Shown in pieces: positions 23,640 to 34,952 of a DNA stretch of 64,000 nt (position 1 is its first letter; each line of letters starts with the position of its first letter). The stretch is from the NCBI GenBank assembly GCA_965240325.2, contig OZ251235.1, forward strand, positions 2,058,503 to 2,122,502. The letters run 5' to 3'. Under the pieces are notes generated by a model. The model was not told where the DNA came from. It saw only the letters and a program-made list of their open reading frames with translations, and ran no database searches. This DNA is from Rebecca billardiae RCC1528 (lineage: Eukaryota; Protista; Haptophyta). A program made the translations under genes and the position numbers.

Positions 23640-26300
23640 GCACTCAGCACCGCCCGACCACCGCCGCCGGCCTGGCCGTGGCACCTCCCTGCTGCTACCA
23701 CCGCATGCGGCGCGAAGCCTCCGGAGCGCAGCTGCTGCCAGGCCTGCCAGCTGCAGCCGTGCAGCGGCGCCGGGGCGCGGGCGCAGCGGGCATCGGATGG
23801 CAGAGGCTCGAGCGCGCTACGGAACGAGGCGAGCGGCTACACCGCGCTCGGTGCGTCCAGCGCCCACGCCTCTCGGGTGGGCACTGCCAAGCTTTCAGCT
23901 GCTGCGGCCGCCCGCCGTGGCACCATCCCTGCTGCTGCTGCCGCACGCGGCGCGGAGTCGAGCGCTGCTGCTGCTGCCCTGGCCGGGCGCGGGCGCAGCA
24001 GCACCGGATGGCAGCGGCTCCAGCGCTATGGGCGAGGCGAGCAGCGGCACCGCGCTCGGTGCGTCCAGCGCCCACGCCCCTCGGGCGTGCACCGCCGAGC
24101 TGCCGGCTGCAGCAACCGCAGCCGCCCGCCGTGCCACCATCCCTGCTGCTGCTGCCGCACGCGGTGCGGAGTCGAGCGCAGCCGCTGCTGCCCAAGCTGG
24201 GCGCGGGCGCAGCAGCGTCGGATGGCAGCGGCTCCAGCGCCATGGGCGAGGCGAGCAGCGGCACCACGCTCGGTGCGCCCAGCGCCCAGGCCCCTCGGGC
24301 GTGCGCTGCCGAGCTTCCAGCTGCGTCGACCGCCGCCGCCCGCCGTGGCACCATCCCTGCTGCTGCCGTCGCACGCGGCGCGGAGTCAGGCGCGGCTGCT
24401 GCTGCCCAAGCTGGGCGCGGGTGCAGCAGCATCGGATGGCAGCGGCTCCAGCGCGCTGCGGGAGGCGAGCGGCGATGGCGCGCTCAGCGCGTCCGCAGCA
24501 CAAGCCCCTCGGGCGTGCGCCGCCGAGCTTCCAGCTGCGTCGACCGCCGCCGCCCGCCGTGGCACCATCCCTGCTGCTGCCGCCGCACGCGGCGCGGAGT
24601 CAGGCGCGGCTGCTGCTGCCCAAGCTGGGCGCGGGTGCAGCAGCATCGGATGGCAGCGGCTCGAGCGCGCTGCGGGAGGCCAGCGGGGACACCGCGCTCG
24701 GTGCGTCCAACGACCAGGCCCCTCGGGCGCACACCGCCGAGCTTTCAGCTCCGTCGACCGCCGCCGCCCGCCGTGGCACCATCCCTGCTGCTGCCGCCGC
24801 ACTCTGCGCGGAGTCGAGCGCAGCTGCTGCTGCCCAAGCTGGGCGCAAGCGCAGCAGCGTCGGATGGCAGGGCTCCAGCGCGCTGCGGGAGGCGAGCGGC
24901 GATGGCGCGCTCAGCGCGTCTGCAGCCCAGGCCCCTCGGGCGTGCGCCGCCGAGCTGCCGGCTGCAGCAACCGCCGCCGCCCACAGTGGCACCATCCCTG
25001 CTGCTGCTGCCGCACGCGGCGCGGAGTCGAGCGCCGCTGCTGCTGCTGCCCCAGCTGGGCGTGGGCGCACCAGCACCGGATGGCAGCGGCTCGAGCGCCA
25101 TGGGCGAGGCGAGCAGTGGCACCGCGCTCGGTGCGTCCAGCGCCCACGCCCCTCGGGCGCACACCGCCGAGCTTTCAGCTCCAGCGACCCACGCCGCCCG
25201 CCGTGGCACCATCCCTGCTGCTGCCCCCGCACTCGGCGCGGAGTCGAGCGCAGCCGCTGCTGCCCAAGCTTGGCGCGGGCGCAGCAGCGTCGGATGGCAG
25301 AGGCTCGAGCGCCATGGGCGAGGCGAGCAGCGGCACCGCGTTCGGTGCGCCCAGCGCCCAGGCCCCTCGGGCGCACACAGCCGAGCTTTCAGCTCCAGCG
25401 ACCGCCGCCGCCCACCGTGGCACCATCCCTGCTGCTGCTGCCGCACGCGGCGCGGAGTCTAGCGCAGCCGCTGCTGCCCAAGCTTGGCGCGGGCGCAGCA
25501 GCGTCGGATCGCAGCGGCTCGAGCGCCATGGGCGAGGCGAGCAGCGGCACCGCGTTCGGTGCGCCCACCACCCAGGCCCCTCGGGCGCACACCGCCGAGC
25601 TTTCAGCTCTAGCGACCGTCGTCGCCCACCGTAGCACCATCCCTGCTGCTGCCGCCGCACGCGGCGCGGAGTCGAGCGCAGCCGCTGCTGCCCAAGCTGG
25701 GCGCGGGCGCAGCAGCGTCGGATGGCAGCGGCTCCAGCGCGCTGCGGGAGGCGAGCAGTGACACCGCGCTCGGTGCATCCAATGCCCGGGCCCCTCGGGC
25801 GCGCACCGCCGAGCTGACAGCTGCGCCGACCCACGCCGCCCGCCATGGCACCATCCCTGCTGCTGCAGCCAATGCGGCGCGGAGTCAAGTGCAGCTGCAG
25901 CTGGGCCCCAGCTGGGCGCGGGCACAGCAGCACCAGATGGCAGCGGCTCCAGCGCGCTGGGCAGTGCCGTGGTCGTGTGGAGCAATGTCACCGCGCTCGG
26001 CGCGTCCATCGACGAGGCCCCTCGAGCGAGCGACACCGAGCTGTCATCTGCGGCGAAAGCCGTCATCCGCCGCGGGACCATTCCAGCAGCTGCTGCCGCA
26101 TGCAGCGCAGACTCGAGCGTGGCTGCCGCTGGTGTTGGCGGCCCGGATGGGCGCGGGTGCAGCATCATCAGGTGCCCGCGACCCCATCGCGGCGGGCGCG
26201 ATGGGCCAGGTCGCTGCGTTTGGCGCGCCATTGCCCAGGCCGTTCAAGCGAGCACCACCGAGCTGTTAGTTGGAGCAACTGCTGCCGCCCGTCATGATAC
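23640..26300 (-). repeat. 214-bp tandem satellite array, about 11 copies, reverse orientation (right arm)
   Basis: Anchor GGATGGCAG or a close variant at 23795, 24006, 24220, 24434, 24648, 24862, 25078, 25292, 25506, 25720 and ~25935. Confidence 0.95.
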
Positions 26301-27178
26301 TGTACGTACTGCTGCTGCAGCATCAACAGCGCCGCTGTTACCAGCAGCGCTGCGCTCGTGTATCCGAAGCAGCACCGCATTGATGGTCCTGCGGTCTGAG
26401 TAGGGGAGTATGCCAGTAGCTCGCATGTACCTGGAGTGCAGTCCATGCCTGTACTGCCTCGCCGAGTACTACTAGAGTAGTAGGACCTCATGTGCTCACG
26501 CAGCTGAGCCGCTGCCGTCTCCTTGCTGTGACGCGCAGAGCAAGTCGAGGAGTGTCTGGCGACCACCGGTGCCAGTGCTGCGCCGACAGGTATATGCCCA
26601 CCACCCGGCCGCGCCCGTAGCATGGGCGATGGTAAGATGAGTGGCAGCACAGCGCACAGCTACGAGCAAGGTTGATGTGCGACGGTGTGGAGGCACGCGT
26701 GCTCGCGGCATGCTCCGAGCCCCGTGCTGCGTGCCCCCTGCTGCTTCTCGCCCTTGGTCATCTCCTCGTCGATGCCCTCCTCCCCCGTACGCGTGAGCTC
26801 CGCGACGCCATCGGGCCAGCCTACCAACGAACAGTGGGCGTGGCGCCCTGCTGACGGCTGGCTGCCATCGCAAGCCATGCACGCCTGCACACGGCAACAG
26901 GGCCGTTTGCGCCCTGTTGCCGTGTGCACGGCCACAGCGGGCCGGTGCACACGGCAACAGCAGTGCGAAACCCCCTGAGGGTGACCCCTTTTGCGCCCCA
27001 GTGTGCACACGACAACAGGGCGCAAACGCCCCTGTTGCCGTGTGCAGTCGCCAGTGGCAAACGCCAAACCTGGCTGTGAGGTCAGGTGCAAGCCGGCCAG
27101 TCCGGTCGTCGTCGGAAAATCGATGGCGTCGGCGGCCGAGCTCGTTTGAATCCGGCTCGCGCTTTTGCTCGGGGCAGC

Positions 27179-29563
27179 ATGGTGCCCAGCCAGGCGCGCT
27201 GGGTGCCTGCGAGCATGCTGGGCGAGCCACCCGCCCCGCTCGTGTCGCACACCGCGACGCTGTGGCGCGACAGGTCCATCATCATCATCGGCGGCGGCCG
27301 GCACACGCGCTCGTCGAGCGATGTCGGTCTGTGGCACATGTCTGCGGCCGTGCACGCGCTCGAGCTCGAGGCGATGCGCTGGGCGCGGCATGAGGTGGGC
27401 GGCGACGAGTTCGTGGGCCGACGTGGCCACTGCGCCGTGCTCTTCGCGCACGCGGACGCCATCGTCGTCTTCGGAGGCGTCGACTCGCACGGCCCGAGCG
27501 GACACGAGCGCACTCGGTGTGACGTGAGCGTGCTTGCGCTCTCGGCGGATGGGCCGTGGACGTGGCGCACCTTCGACGCGTGCGCGAGCTCGCCCTCGCC
27601 CCGGCGCGGCCACTGCGGCTGGCTCTCGCACGACGGCGCCTCGATGCTCGTCTTCGGCGGCTTCTGCGCGCACGGCGCGCACGCCGGCGAGCCGATCGCC
27701 ATTGGCTGGCACGATGCGCAGCTGCACGCGCTGCGCGCCGAGTCGGTCCTTGGGCGTGCGGCGAGTCCGGGCGCGCGGCCGGCGTGGGCGCGGCTCGAGA
27801 CGACGGGTGAGGCGCCGCTCGTCGCGCTCGCGACCGTCGCGCTCACCCACGACCGCGCCCACGCCGTGCTCTGCGGAGGCATCCACCAGCGCGCGGCGGA
27901 CCGTTTTCGCTGCACGGTTGCGGTGCTCGAGCAGCGCTCGCTGGCGTGGTCGCGGGTGCTCGTGCCCGGGCGCATGCCGGCGCGGTACTCTGCGGCCGCG
28001 GCGTTCGTCGGGGATACGCTGCTCCTCTTCGGCGGCACGGATCTGCCCATGTTCGAGAGCGAGCTCGCGCGCCCCGACCACGCGGACATGCGCGCGCTCG
28101 AGCTGGGCGCGGAGCTCCGGGCGGTGCCAGCAGCCGCAGGCGCCGCCGCCTCGGGGGCTGGGGCCGAGGGTGAGGCGGCGCCCTGCTGGGTGCAGCTGGA
28201 CAGGCGGATGGCGCCGCCGCCGCCGCCGCCGGGCGCGGGGTACGCGCCGCACGACGCGCCTGAGCCAGGGGGCGCGCGCTCGCGCGCGGCTGAGGCTTCA
28301 GCCGACGCGCCGGCCGAGCCTGCCTCTGACGCGCCTCAGCTCGCCGAGGACGCACCGCTGCAGCCCGCCCTGACGCTCGAGCTGGGCGGGCGTGTGTACG
28401 CGGCAGGCAGCCGCGACGCCGCGCCCTCGCCGCGTAACGGGATGACGCTCACCGCGGTGCGCGGCGGCGCGACGCTCGTCGTCGTGGGCGGGGGCGTCTT
28501 CCGCGCCGAAGGAGGTGAGTACTTTGACGAGGTGTGGCTCTTCCACATCGGTCCGGACACCGGACTTTCCCGCGCCGGACCCACCGGACCGGAGCCGTTG
28601 GCGCGCGGGCCGGCGGCCGAAGGGGGCGCGCTCTCGACGGGCGGCGGCCGCGCGCCGCCTCACGCCGACGGCGGGCTGAGCGAGGACCTCGGCCGCCTGC
28701 TCGCGAGCGCGCGCGGCGCGGATGTTTGCTTTGAGCTGGACCGGGGCGAGCGCGTGTGCGCGCACGCCCTCGTGCTGGGCGCGCGCTGCGACTACTTCCG
28801 AGCGCTGCTCAGCGGCGGGTTTGGGGAGGCCTGCGCCGGCGGCTCGGGCGCCGAGCGTGTCGTGCGAGTGCCGCACGTGCCCGCGCGCGCGTTCCGCGCT
28901 GCGCTGCGCTTCCTGTACACGGGGCGACTGCCCGGGCTCGAGGGCGGCGCGGAGGGCGCGGGCGCAGACTGCGGCGCGGAGGGCGCGGGCGCAGACTGCG
29001 GCGCGGAGGGCGCGGGCGCAGACTCGGGCACTGGCGCGGCTGCGGAGGCGGCGTGGGCGCAGCTCGCCGCCGAGCTGCTCATGCTCGGCGACATGTGGAC
29101 CTGCGCCGCGCTGCGCGCCGCGGTGCTCGCCCGCATCGAGCGCGCGCTCGGCGCGCGGCACCTCAGCCTCGCGCGCGCGCTCGAGATCGGCCGCGCGACG
29201 GGCGCCACCGAGCTCCTGACCCTCGCCGCCGAGCGTCTCGTCGACGCGCTGCTCTTTCCCGTCCCGCGCGCGGGCGGCGCCGGCTGCGCCGCCGACGGCG
29301 ACGAGGCCGACGCCGCCTCCTCCGACTTGACGCCGGGCGGGGGCAGTGGCGAGGCAGAGGAGGGCGCGCGCGGCGCGCGGCGCGGTGCCGCCGCGGTGCT
29401 GCAGCCGGCGACGCGTGGCGGCGGCGACGCGGACACGCAGCTCGTCCGCAGCGCGGGCCTGGCCGCCGGCGACGTGGGCGACAGGGCCTTTGCTGACGAG
29501 CTGGAGGCTGCGCTGCGGCGTATGGGCTTCCGCCCGACGACGGGCGCAGGTGGCTGCGAATGA
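27179..29563 (+). CDS. Kelch-repeat plus BTB/POZ domain protein (LZTR1-like architecture)
   Basis: Kelch repeats (RRGHCAVL..IVVFGG, PRRGHC..MLVFGG, ARYSAAA..LLLFGG) followed by BTB (ADVCFEL...AHALVLGARCDYFRALLSGGF.E...FRAALRFLYTG). Confidence 0.9.
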   Translation: MVPSQARWVPASMLGEPPAPLVSHTATLWRDRSIIIIGGGRHTRSSSDVGLWHMSAAVHALELEAMRWARHEVGGDEFVGRRGHCAVLFAHADAIVVFGGVDSHGPSGHERTRCDVSVLALSADGPWTWRTFDACASSPSPRRGHCGWLSHDGASMLVFGGFCAHGAHAGEPIAIGWHDAQLHALRAESVLGRAASPGARPAWARLETTGEAPLVALATVALTHDRAHAVLCGGIHQRAADRFRCTVAVLEQRSLAWSRVLVPGRMPARYSAAAAFVGDTLLLFGGTDLPMFESELARPDHADMRALELGAELRAVPAAAGAAASGAGAEGEAAPCWVQLDRRMAPPPPPPGAGYAPHDAPEPGGARSRAAEASADAPAEPASDAPQLAEDAPLQPALTLELGGRVYAAGSRDAAPSPRNGMTLTAVRGGATLVVVGGGVFRAEGGEYFDEVWLFHIGPDTGLSRAGPTGPEPLARGPAAEGGALSTGGGRAPPHADGGLSEDLGRLLASARGADVCFELDRGERVCAHALVLGARCDYFRALLSGGFGEACAGGSGAERVVRVPHVPARAFRAALRFLYTGRLPGLEGGAEGAGADCGAEGAGADCGAEGAGADSGTGAAAEAAWAQLAAELLMLGDMWTCAALRAAVLARIERALGARHLSLARALEIGRATGATELLTLAAERLVDALLFPVPRAGGAGCAADGDEADAASSDLTPGGGSGEAEEGARGARRGAAAVLQPATRGGGDADTQLVRSAGLAAGDVGDRAFADELEAALRRMGFRPTTGAGGCE

Positions 29564-30024
29564 GCACGACTGCTACACGGTGCTGAACAGAATGATGGCG
29601 GCCAAATGTCTACCGTTTACGGGCGCCGCCGCGCGAAGCGAGCCGGCGGCCTAGTAAGAACCCTGAGCCGGCGCGGACGGGCACTGCTGGCAGGTGCGCA
29701 AGCGCCCAATACATGCTCCGCAGACACCGCTCACCAGCCCCTGCCACCTCGTCTCCTCGTCTGTTATACTCATACTGCCCGCGACACGCGAACATGTCCG
29801 CCGATCGTCATCAGACTCATCAGTGTATCATATATATAGCCTGTATCATCATCTTTGAATCCGCTCGTCCGGCCGGGCCACTCTCTGAGTCTGACTCTCT
29901 CAGACTCAGACTCTCTGTCGCCGAGTTGTGAAGGCGAAGACGGACCGGTCAAAGAGGGGGGCACGCATGTGCGTCGGCGAGGCCTGCTTGCCAGCCCGCG
30001 CGGTGCAGCCGCCGCCGCCTGCGC

Positions 30025-30828
30025 TCAGAAGCCGCCCCCGCCGTCCGGCAGCGCGCACTCGTCCATCTCGCCGAGCTCCTTGGCGGCGAGGCACTGCAGC
30101 GCGTGCCAGTGGCCCTGCTCGTCGTCACGCACGCGCACAAAGACGTCGTACAGGCTGTCGAGGCGCGCGGGCGCACTCGGCGCGGAGCGCGCGCCCTCGT
30201 AGTACGCGCGCGCCACCTCCGGCACGGGCTGCGCGCGCAGCCGCTCCGCGTGCGCGCCGAGGAAGGCGTCGTAGGTCGCGAACGCGTGCGCCTCGATCAG
30301 CTCGCTCAGGTGGTACGCCTGCTGCGGGCGCAGGGCGTACAGCGCGGCGACGAACCAGAAGTAGAAGACGGCGAGGTGCTGCGCGACGAACCGGTCCAGG
30401 TACGCGTCCGCGCCGCCGAGCGCCTCCATGATCAGCAGGTGGTGCAGCTCGTTGTCCGCCTGCTCGTAGTGCACGTGCATGAACGAGACCATGTCGCGCC
30501 GCCCGAGCGTCTCGTACAGGTGCAGGCACGAGAGGAAGGCGAAGTACGGGACGCGCGCGACCGTTTCGAGCACGTAGAAACGCTCGATGTCGCGCCCACG
30601 GTACAGCACGTCGATCATGTGCTTCACGCCCGAGATCAGCGCCTCGTCGACAGCGATGGCGGCGGGGCCTAGCAGCGCGCGCTCGTGCGCCGGGTCAGGC
30701 TCGATGACGGTGGCGCGAGGCCCTGGCGAGCGAAGCCGTGCGCGCGAAGGGATCGAGTGCAGCCGCGCCGCGGAGCTCACGCGCACCGCTCCCGCGAGTG
30801 CCGCGACGAGCGCCGCCTTCCACTTCAT
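30025..30828 (-). CDS. PTOX: Plastid terminal oxidase (alternative oxidase family)
   Basis: RFYVLETVARVPYF, NELHHLLIMEALGG, LIEAHAFATY and LYDVFVRVRDDEQGH supply the di-iron ligands. N-terminus is signal peptide plus transit-like sequence. Confidence 0.92.
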   Translation of the reverse strand: MKWKAALVAALAGAVRVSSAARLHSIPSRARLRSPGPRATVIEPDPAHERALLGPAAIAVDEALISGVKHMIDVLYRGRDIERFYVLETVARVPYFAFLSCLHLYETLGRRDMVSFMHVHYEQADNELHHLLIMEALGGADAYLDRFVAQHLAVFYFWFVAALYALRPQQAYHLSELIEAHAFATYDAFLGAHAERLRAQPVPEVARAYYEGARSAPSAPARLDSLYDVFVRVRDDEQGHWHALQCLAAKELGEMDECALPDGGGGF

Positions 30829-31401
30829 CCTCAAACGCTCGCGTGGCCGAACGACTGCCGCGGCGCGGCCCGCCGCAGGAACGGGCGTACGATTGGACGC
30901 TCAGGGAGATCAGAATGAGAATCGCACCAATCATGGCCTTTTCCTCCGCGACTCGTCATGGCCGTTTAGCGAGCTTTGATTCCTCGTCCGCTCGAATTCG
31001 GCGCTCATCAGTCACTCCACGACTGCCCATGATTCATTCACGAAGAGACGACGACGAACGACGACGACGGGCCCACCACCGCAACTGGCGAGTCTATTCA
31101 TGAGTGATTGGGAGACGCTGGCGCCATCTGCTGATGTCGGCACAGCGCGCTGCTTCTCCGTGAGCAGCTGAGTCAAGTCAGACAGTCCACTTTCCCGAGA
31201 CCGGGCGTGTCGCGGCTGTCGCGGCCGCGGCTGCACAGCCACGCGCGCGCGCTCACGAGCTCCACGGGGGCGCACACTCCAGCGGCTCAGCCGCCCCCGA
31301 GTGGCCGCCTCGGATGCAAGCCGCAGCCCCACACACACCATGGTCATCCTTGCGGCCGGTGCAGCTCGGTGTGTCGCGCCGCGGCCACTGGTCGTTCTTC
31401 T

Positions 31402-34400
31402 TCACATCGCGAGCGCGCGCGGCGTCTGCTTGCGCGCCGACATGGGCAGCGCAGACGGCGTCTGCTGGTGCGCGGACGGGAGGGTCTTGATGCTGCTCAG
31501 CCGACGCGATCGGCGCACCTGCGGGCGAGCGGCGCGTGGTGACGTGCACAGGGCGCGCGGAGGCGTTAGTGGCTTGTGCGCGGCGCGGTCAGCATGGCCG
31601 CCGCGCGATGCCGTGGCACGGGCTCGGCGCGCGCGGTGCGCGCACCGGCGACTGGAGGCCATCGTCAAACTCGAGGAACGAGCCGAGGGTCGGCGCTCCC
31701 TGCTCAGCCGACGGCGCGCGGCCGGCGGGCAGCCCGGGGGCGGCGTGCAGCAGCCGCGCGACGATCGCGAGCCCGCCGAGCGCCGCGAGCACGATGGCGG
31801 TGGCGCCAAAGCCGTTGGCCGCCTCCGCGGCGCTGGTTGTCGCGGGCGGCGCGAGCGTGGCCTCCGCCTCGGTCCACGCGGTGACGGTGCACGCGCCCTC
31901 GGCGCTCTTCTCGCAGATGGCCACCCCGCCGCTCACGTCCGCCGCCGCATCGTCCGGCATGCCGTAAGGGCCGCCTGCCAGCTCAGCCAGAGGCTCGGCG
32001 GCGGCCTCCGCCTCCGCCGTGGGCTGCGGCTGGGGCGGCGGCGGCGCGCGCGCGAGGTTTGCCGCGACGCCGTCCAAGAAGGCCTTCATGGCGCTTGTCA
32101 TCTCCACGGCGCTCAGCTCGGCGGCGAGCGGCTGCTGCGGGCTCTCGGCCGGCGGCGCCGCCGGCTCGGGATCCGAGGCCGAGGCCGCGGCGTCGGCCGG
32201 CGCCGGCGCGGCCGCAGCCTTCGGCTCCAGCTCGGCGGCGACGTGAGCATCGACGGCGCCGTCTGGCACGGGAGGAGCGCTCTCGTCCGCCGAGGGCGCC
32301 GCGCTCTCGTCCTCGTCAGCGGCGTGCCGGTCCGGCTTGGAGCGCTCGAGCGCATCGATCAGCCCCTCCACGGTGCCTCCTGCCGTCTGCTCGGCAGCCG
32401 CGGCGGCGCTCAGGTGCCGGGCCAGTGCCGGAGGCATGACGCCGTTGAGGACGGCGGCGAGGAGCGGGCCGGGCACGAGGCTGGTCGCGGCGGCCCACGC
32501 GGTCGGCACCTCGCGCGCGCGAGGCGCGGCCGGCGGCGCGTGCAGCACCGCCCCTGCGACGAGCAGCGCGAGCGCGAGCGCGAGAGAAGGCAGGCTGGAC
32601 CGAGTGGCACGCGCGGTACCGCCCGCGGGCTTGGTCGGCGCGGCCGCGGGCTGGGCGCGCGCCTTGGGCTCGGGCGCGGCCGCGGGCGCCGCCGCGTAGT
32701 CGGGCGAGTGCGTCGAGTACGACGGCGGGTTGAGCGTCGGCGGGGTGGCCTCCTCCGAGCCCTCGACCGTCCGGATGAGCGCGCGAGGCGTCGGCAGCAG
32801 CGGGGTCGGGGTCGGCCCGGCGGCGCGCATCGACGATGGTACGCTGCTGGCGGGCGTGCCCGCGCGCGCGGAGGCGGGCGTGCGCTCGAGCGTCTTCTCG
32901 GGCTTGAAGAAGCCGTGCGCGAGCGCGCCCGCCAGCGTGCTGTCGCCACCCGCCTCGGCCGCGCCGCCATGGCCGGCGAGCGCGCTCGCGACAGCCAGGT
33001 CCAGCGGCAGCGTCGGCTGCGTAGCCGTGGCGATGGCGGAGCTGGCGTGCAGCGCAGAGTGCGCGAGCTCGAGCTTGTCCTCGGCGGAGGCGGGCGCGGC
33101 GCGCGCCACGCTGGCGCTCTCCGCCTCATGGAACCACGGCGTCGCCTCCGCCACCTCGTGCGCCCACGGGGTCGCCTCGCCAGCCGGCGCGGGCGGCGCG
33201 GCCGCGGCGCTCATCTTGCTCGGCTGCGGCGGCGCGGGTTGCGCGGCGGCGAGCGCGGCGGCGGGCTCGGTCTTGGTGGCGCTGCCCTGCTTCTTGGGCT
33301 GCGCGCTTGCGCCGTGCGGGCTGTCCTCCGCCAGCCGGTTGCTCTCGCCCAGCATCGCGCGGATCTCGAGGAAGTTCGAGAGCTCGGCCGTGGGCACGCG
33401 CGCCGAGAGCTCGGCAGCGAGATCGCCGAGATCGAGCTCGGGCGCGAGCTCGGGCGCGACGCCGGCCATGGGCGTGTTCTGCGGCGCGGGCGGCGCGTTG
33501 CCCGGGCTGAAGACCATCACGCCCGGCGGCGCGGGCGACGCCTCCATCGCCGCGGCCGCGGCCTCCAGCTTGGCCCGGCGCAGCGAGGCGGGCGTCGGGC
33601 GCGCGCGCGCCCCCTCGGCTGACGCGGGCGTGCCTCGCGCTGGTGTTGTGCTGCCCTCGGGCAGAGGGCAGTGCGCCTTGAGCACGGCGAGCGTCTCGCA
33701 GACCGCGTCGCGCACGGGCTTGGCCGGATCGGTGCGCAGCTTCCACATCAGCTTGTGCAGCTGCCGCCGCGTGACGCTCGCGCCCGCGGCGGGCGCGTGC
33801 TCGGCGCCCGCGCCCGCCGAGACGGCAGACGACGGCGTCGAGCCGCGCGGCTTGGTGTCGGGCGTGGCGTGCGGGTCGTTCTCGTCGGCGCCGTCGTCCG
33901 CGCCGCCGGCGAGCGCGATCAGCTCGCCGTGCCGCGCCGCCACCGCGCCGATCAGCTCGACGGCGCTCTTCTTGGCGTGCCAGTCGTCGGTGCCCGTCAT
34001 GCCGCGCCGCTCGCGGCCCAGACCGTACGCGTCTTGCACCGCGCGCGCCGCGAGCGGGGCGAAGGCGTCCGGGGCGATGGCGGAGATGGCGCGGACGACG
34101 CCGAAGACGTTGGCGGGGACGAGGGTCTGCTTCGCGCGCGCGAGCGAGAGCAGCTTGTGCACGAGCACGGGCAGCGCGTTCTCGACGAGCGGCGAGGGCG
34201 CCATGGAGACGACTTCCACGATGCACGCGCACGCGCCCACCTGCTGCTCGCGGATCTGGCAGCCGAGCGCGGCGCTGAGCGGGGCGAGGATGGGCGCGAG
34301 CCGCACGCCCTGCCACTGCACGGGCGTCTCGTCCGCGCGCGGCGTCGCCGGCCACTCGAGGCACACGCCGAGCGCGCCGAACGTGGAGGCGGCCGCGCGG

Positions 34401-34952
34401 TGCACGCGCGCGTCGTTTGTGCACAGGGCCTTGAGGAGACTGCGCGCGCGGCGCGTGGCGGAGCGGGCGCAGGGCGGCGCGGGGCGTGAGCGCGGTACGC
34501 GCGGCCCGTGGTACGCGCACACTCACCGCCGCGCACTCCGCGCCCGCGCGCGACGCGCGCGCGCACCAGTGCACGACGTGCGGCAGCGCGGGCGCAAGGT
34601 GCGACGTCTTGTGAAGGCGGACGGCGTCTCCGATCAGCTCGATGCACGCGACGGCGGAAGGGCCACGCGCCTCGGGGAGCTGGCGGAGGAGGTTCTTGAT
34701 GATCATGTTCAGCTCGTGCACGATCTGCCGCTCGTTCGGCTCCGTCGCGAGCGTGGCGAGCGTCTCCTGGAGCTCACCGGTCGCGACGCGGCGCGTGTCG
34801 TCGCACGCGAGCCGCTGCACGAGCTCGAGCATCGCGATCTCGTGCTCGCGCTTGGGGGTGAGGCCGATCACGCGCGATGGCGTGCCGTGCTCTCGCGGCT
34901 GCGACGCTCCGTCGCGTTGGGGGCTCACGGCGCGGCCGTGCGCGGTCGGCAT
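31402..34952 (-). CDS. TORTIFOLIA1/SINE1-2-like HEAT-repeat protein with low-complexity linker and two hydrophobic segments
   Basis: N-terminus LVQRLACDDTRRVATGEL...DWHAKKSAVELI...LRTDPAKPVRDAV resembles TOR1/SPR2 HEAT repeats. Exons 34952-34567, 34439-31646, 31518-31402 are frame-consistent; further introns are possible. Confidence 0.7.

Larger units (their letters stand above)
20468..27071. mobile_element. 6.6-kb foldback element with ~578-bp TIRs and two opposed 214-bp satellite arrays
   Basis: 20468-21045 is the reverse complement of 26494-27071, with about six substitutions seen by eye. The internal arrays are in opposite orientation. No transposase recognisable. Confidence 0.85.

Noticed and set aside
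21284-26400. Long ORFs (up to 767 aa) over the satellite arrays, also at 36500-38360
   Set aside because: The 214-bp period cycles through all frames, and the ORFs are open on both strands because GC-rich DNA has few stops. No protein signal.
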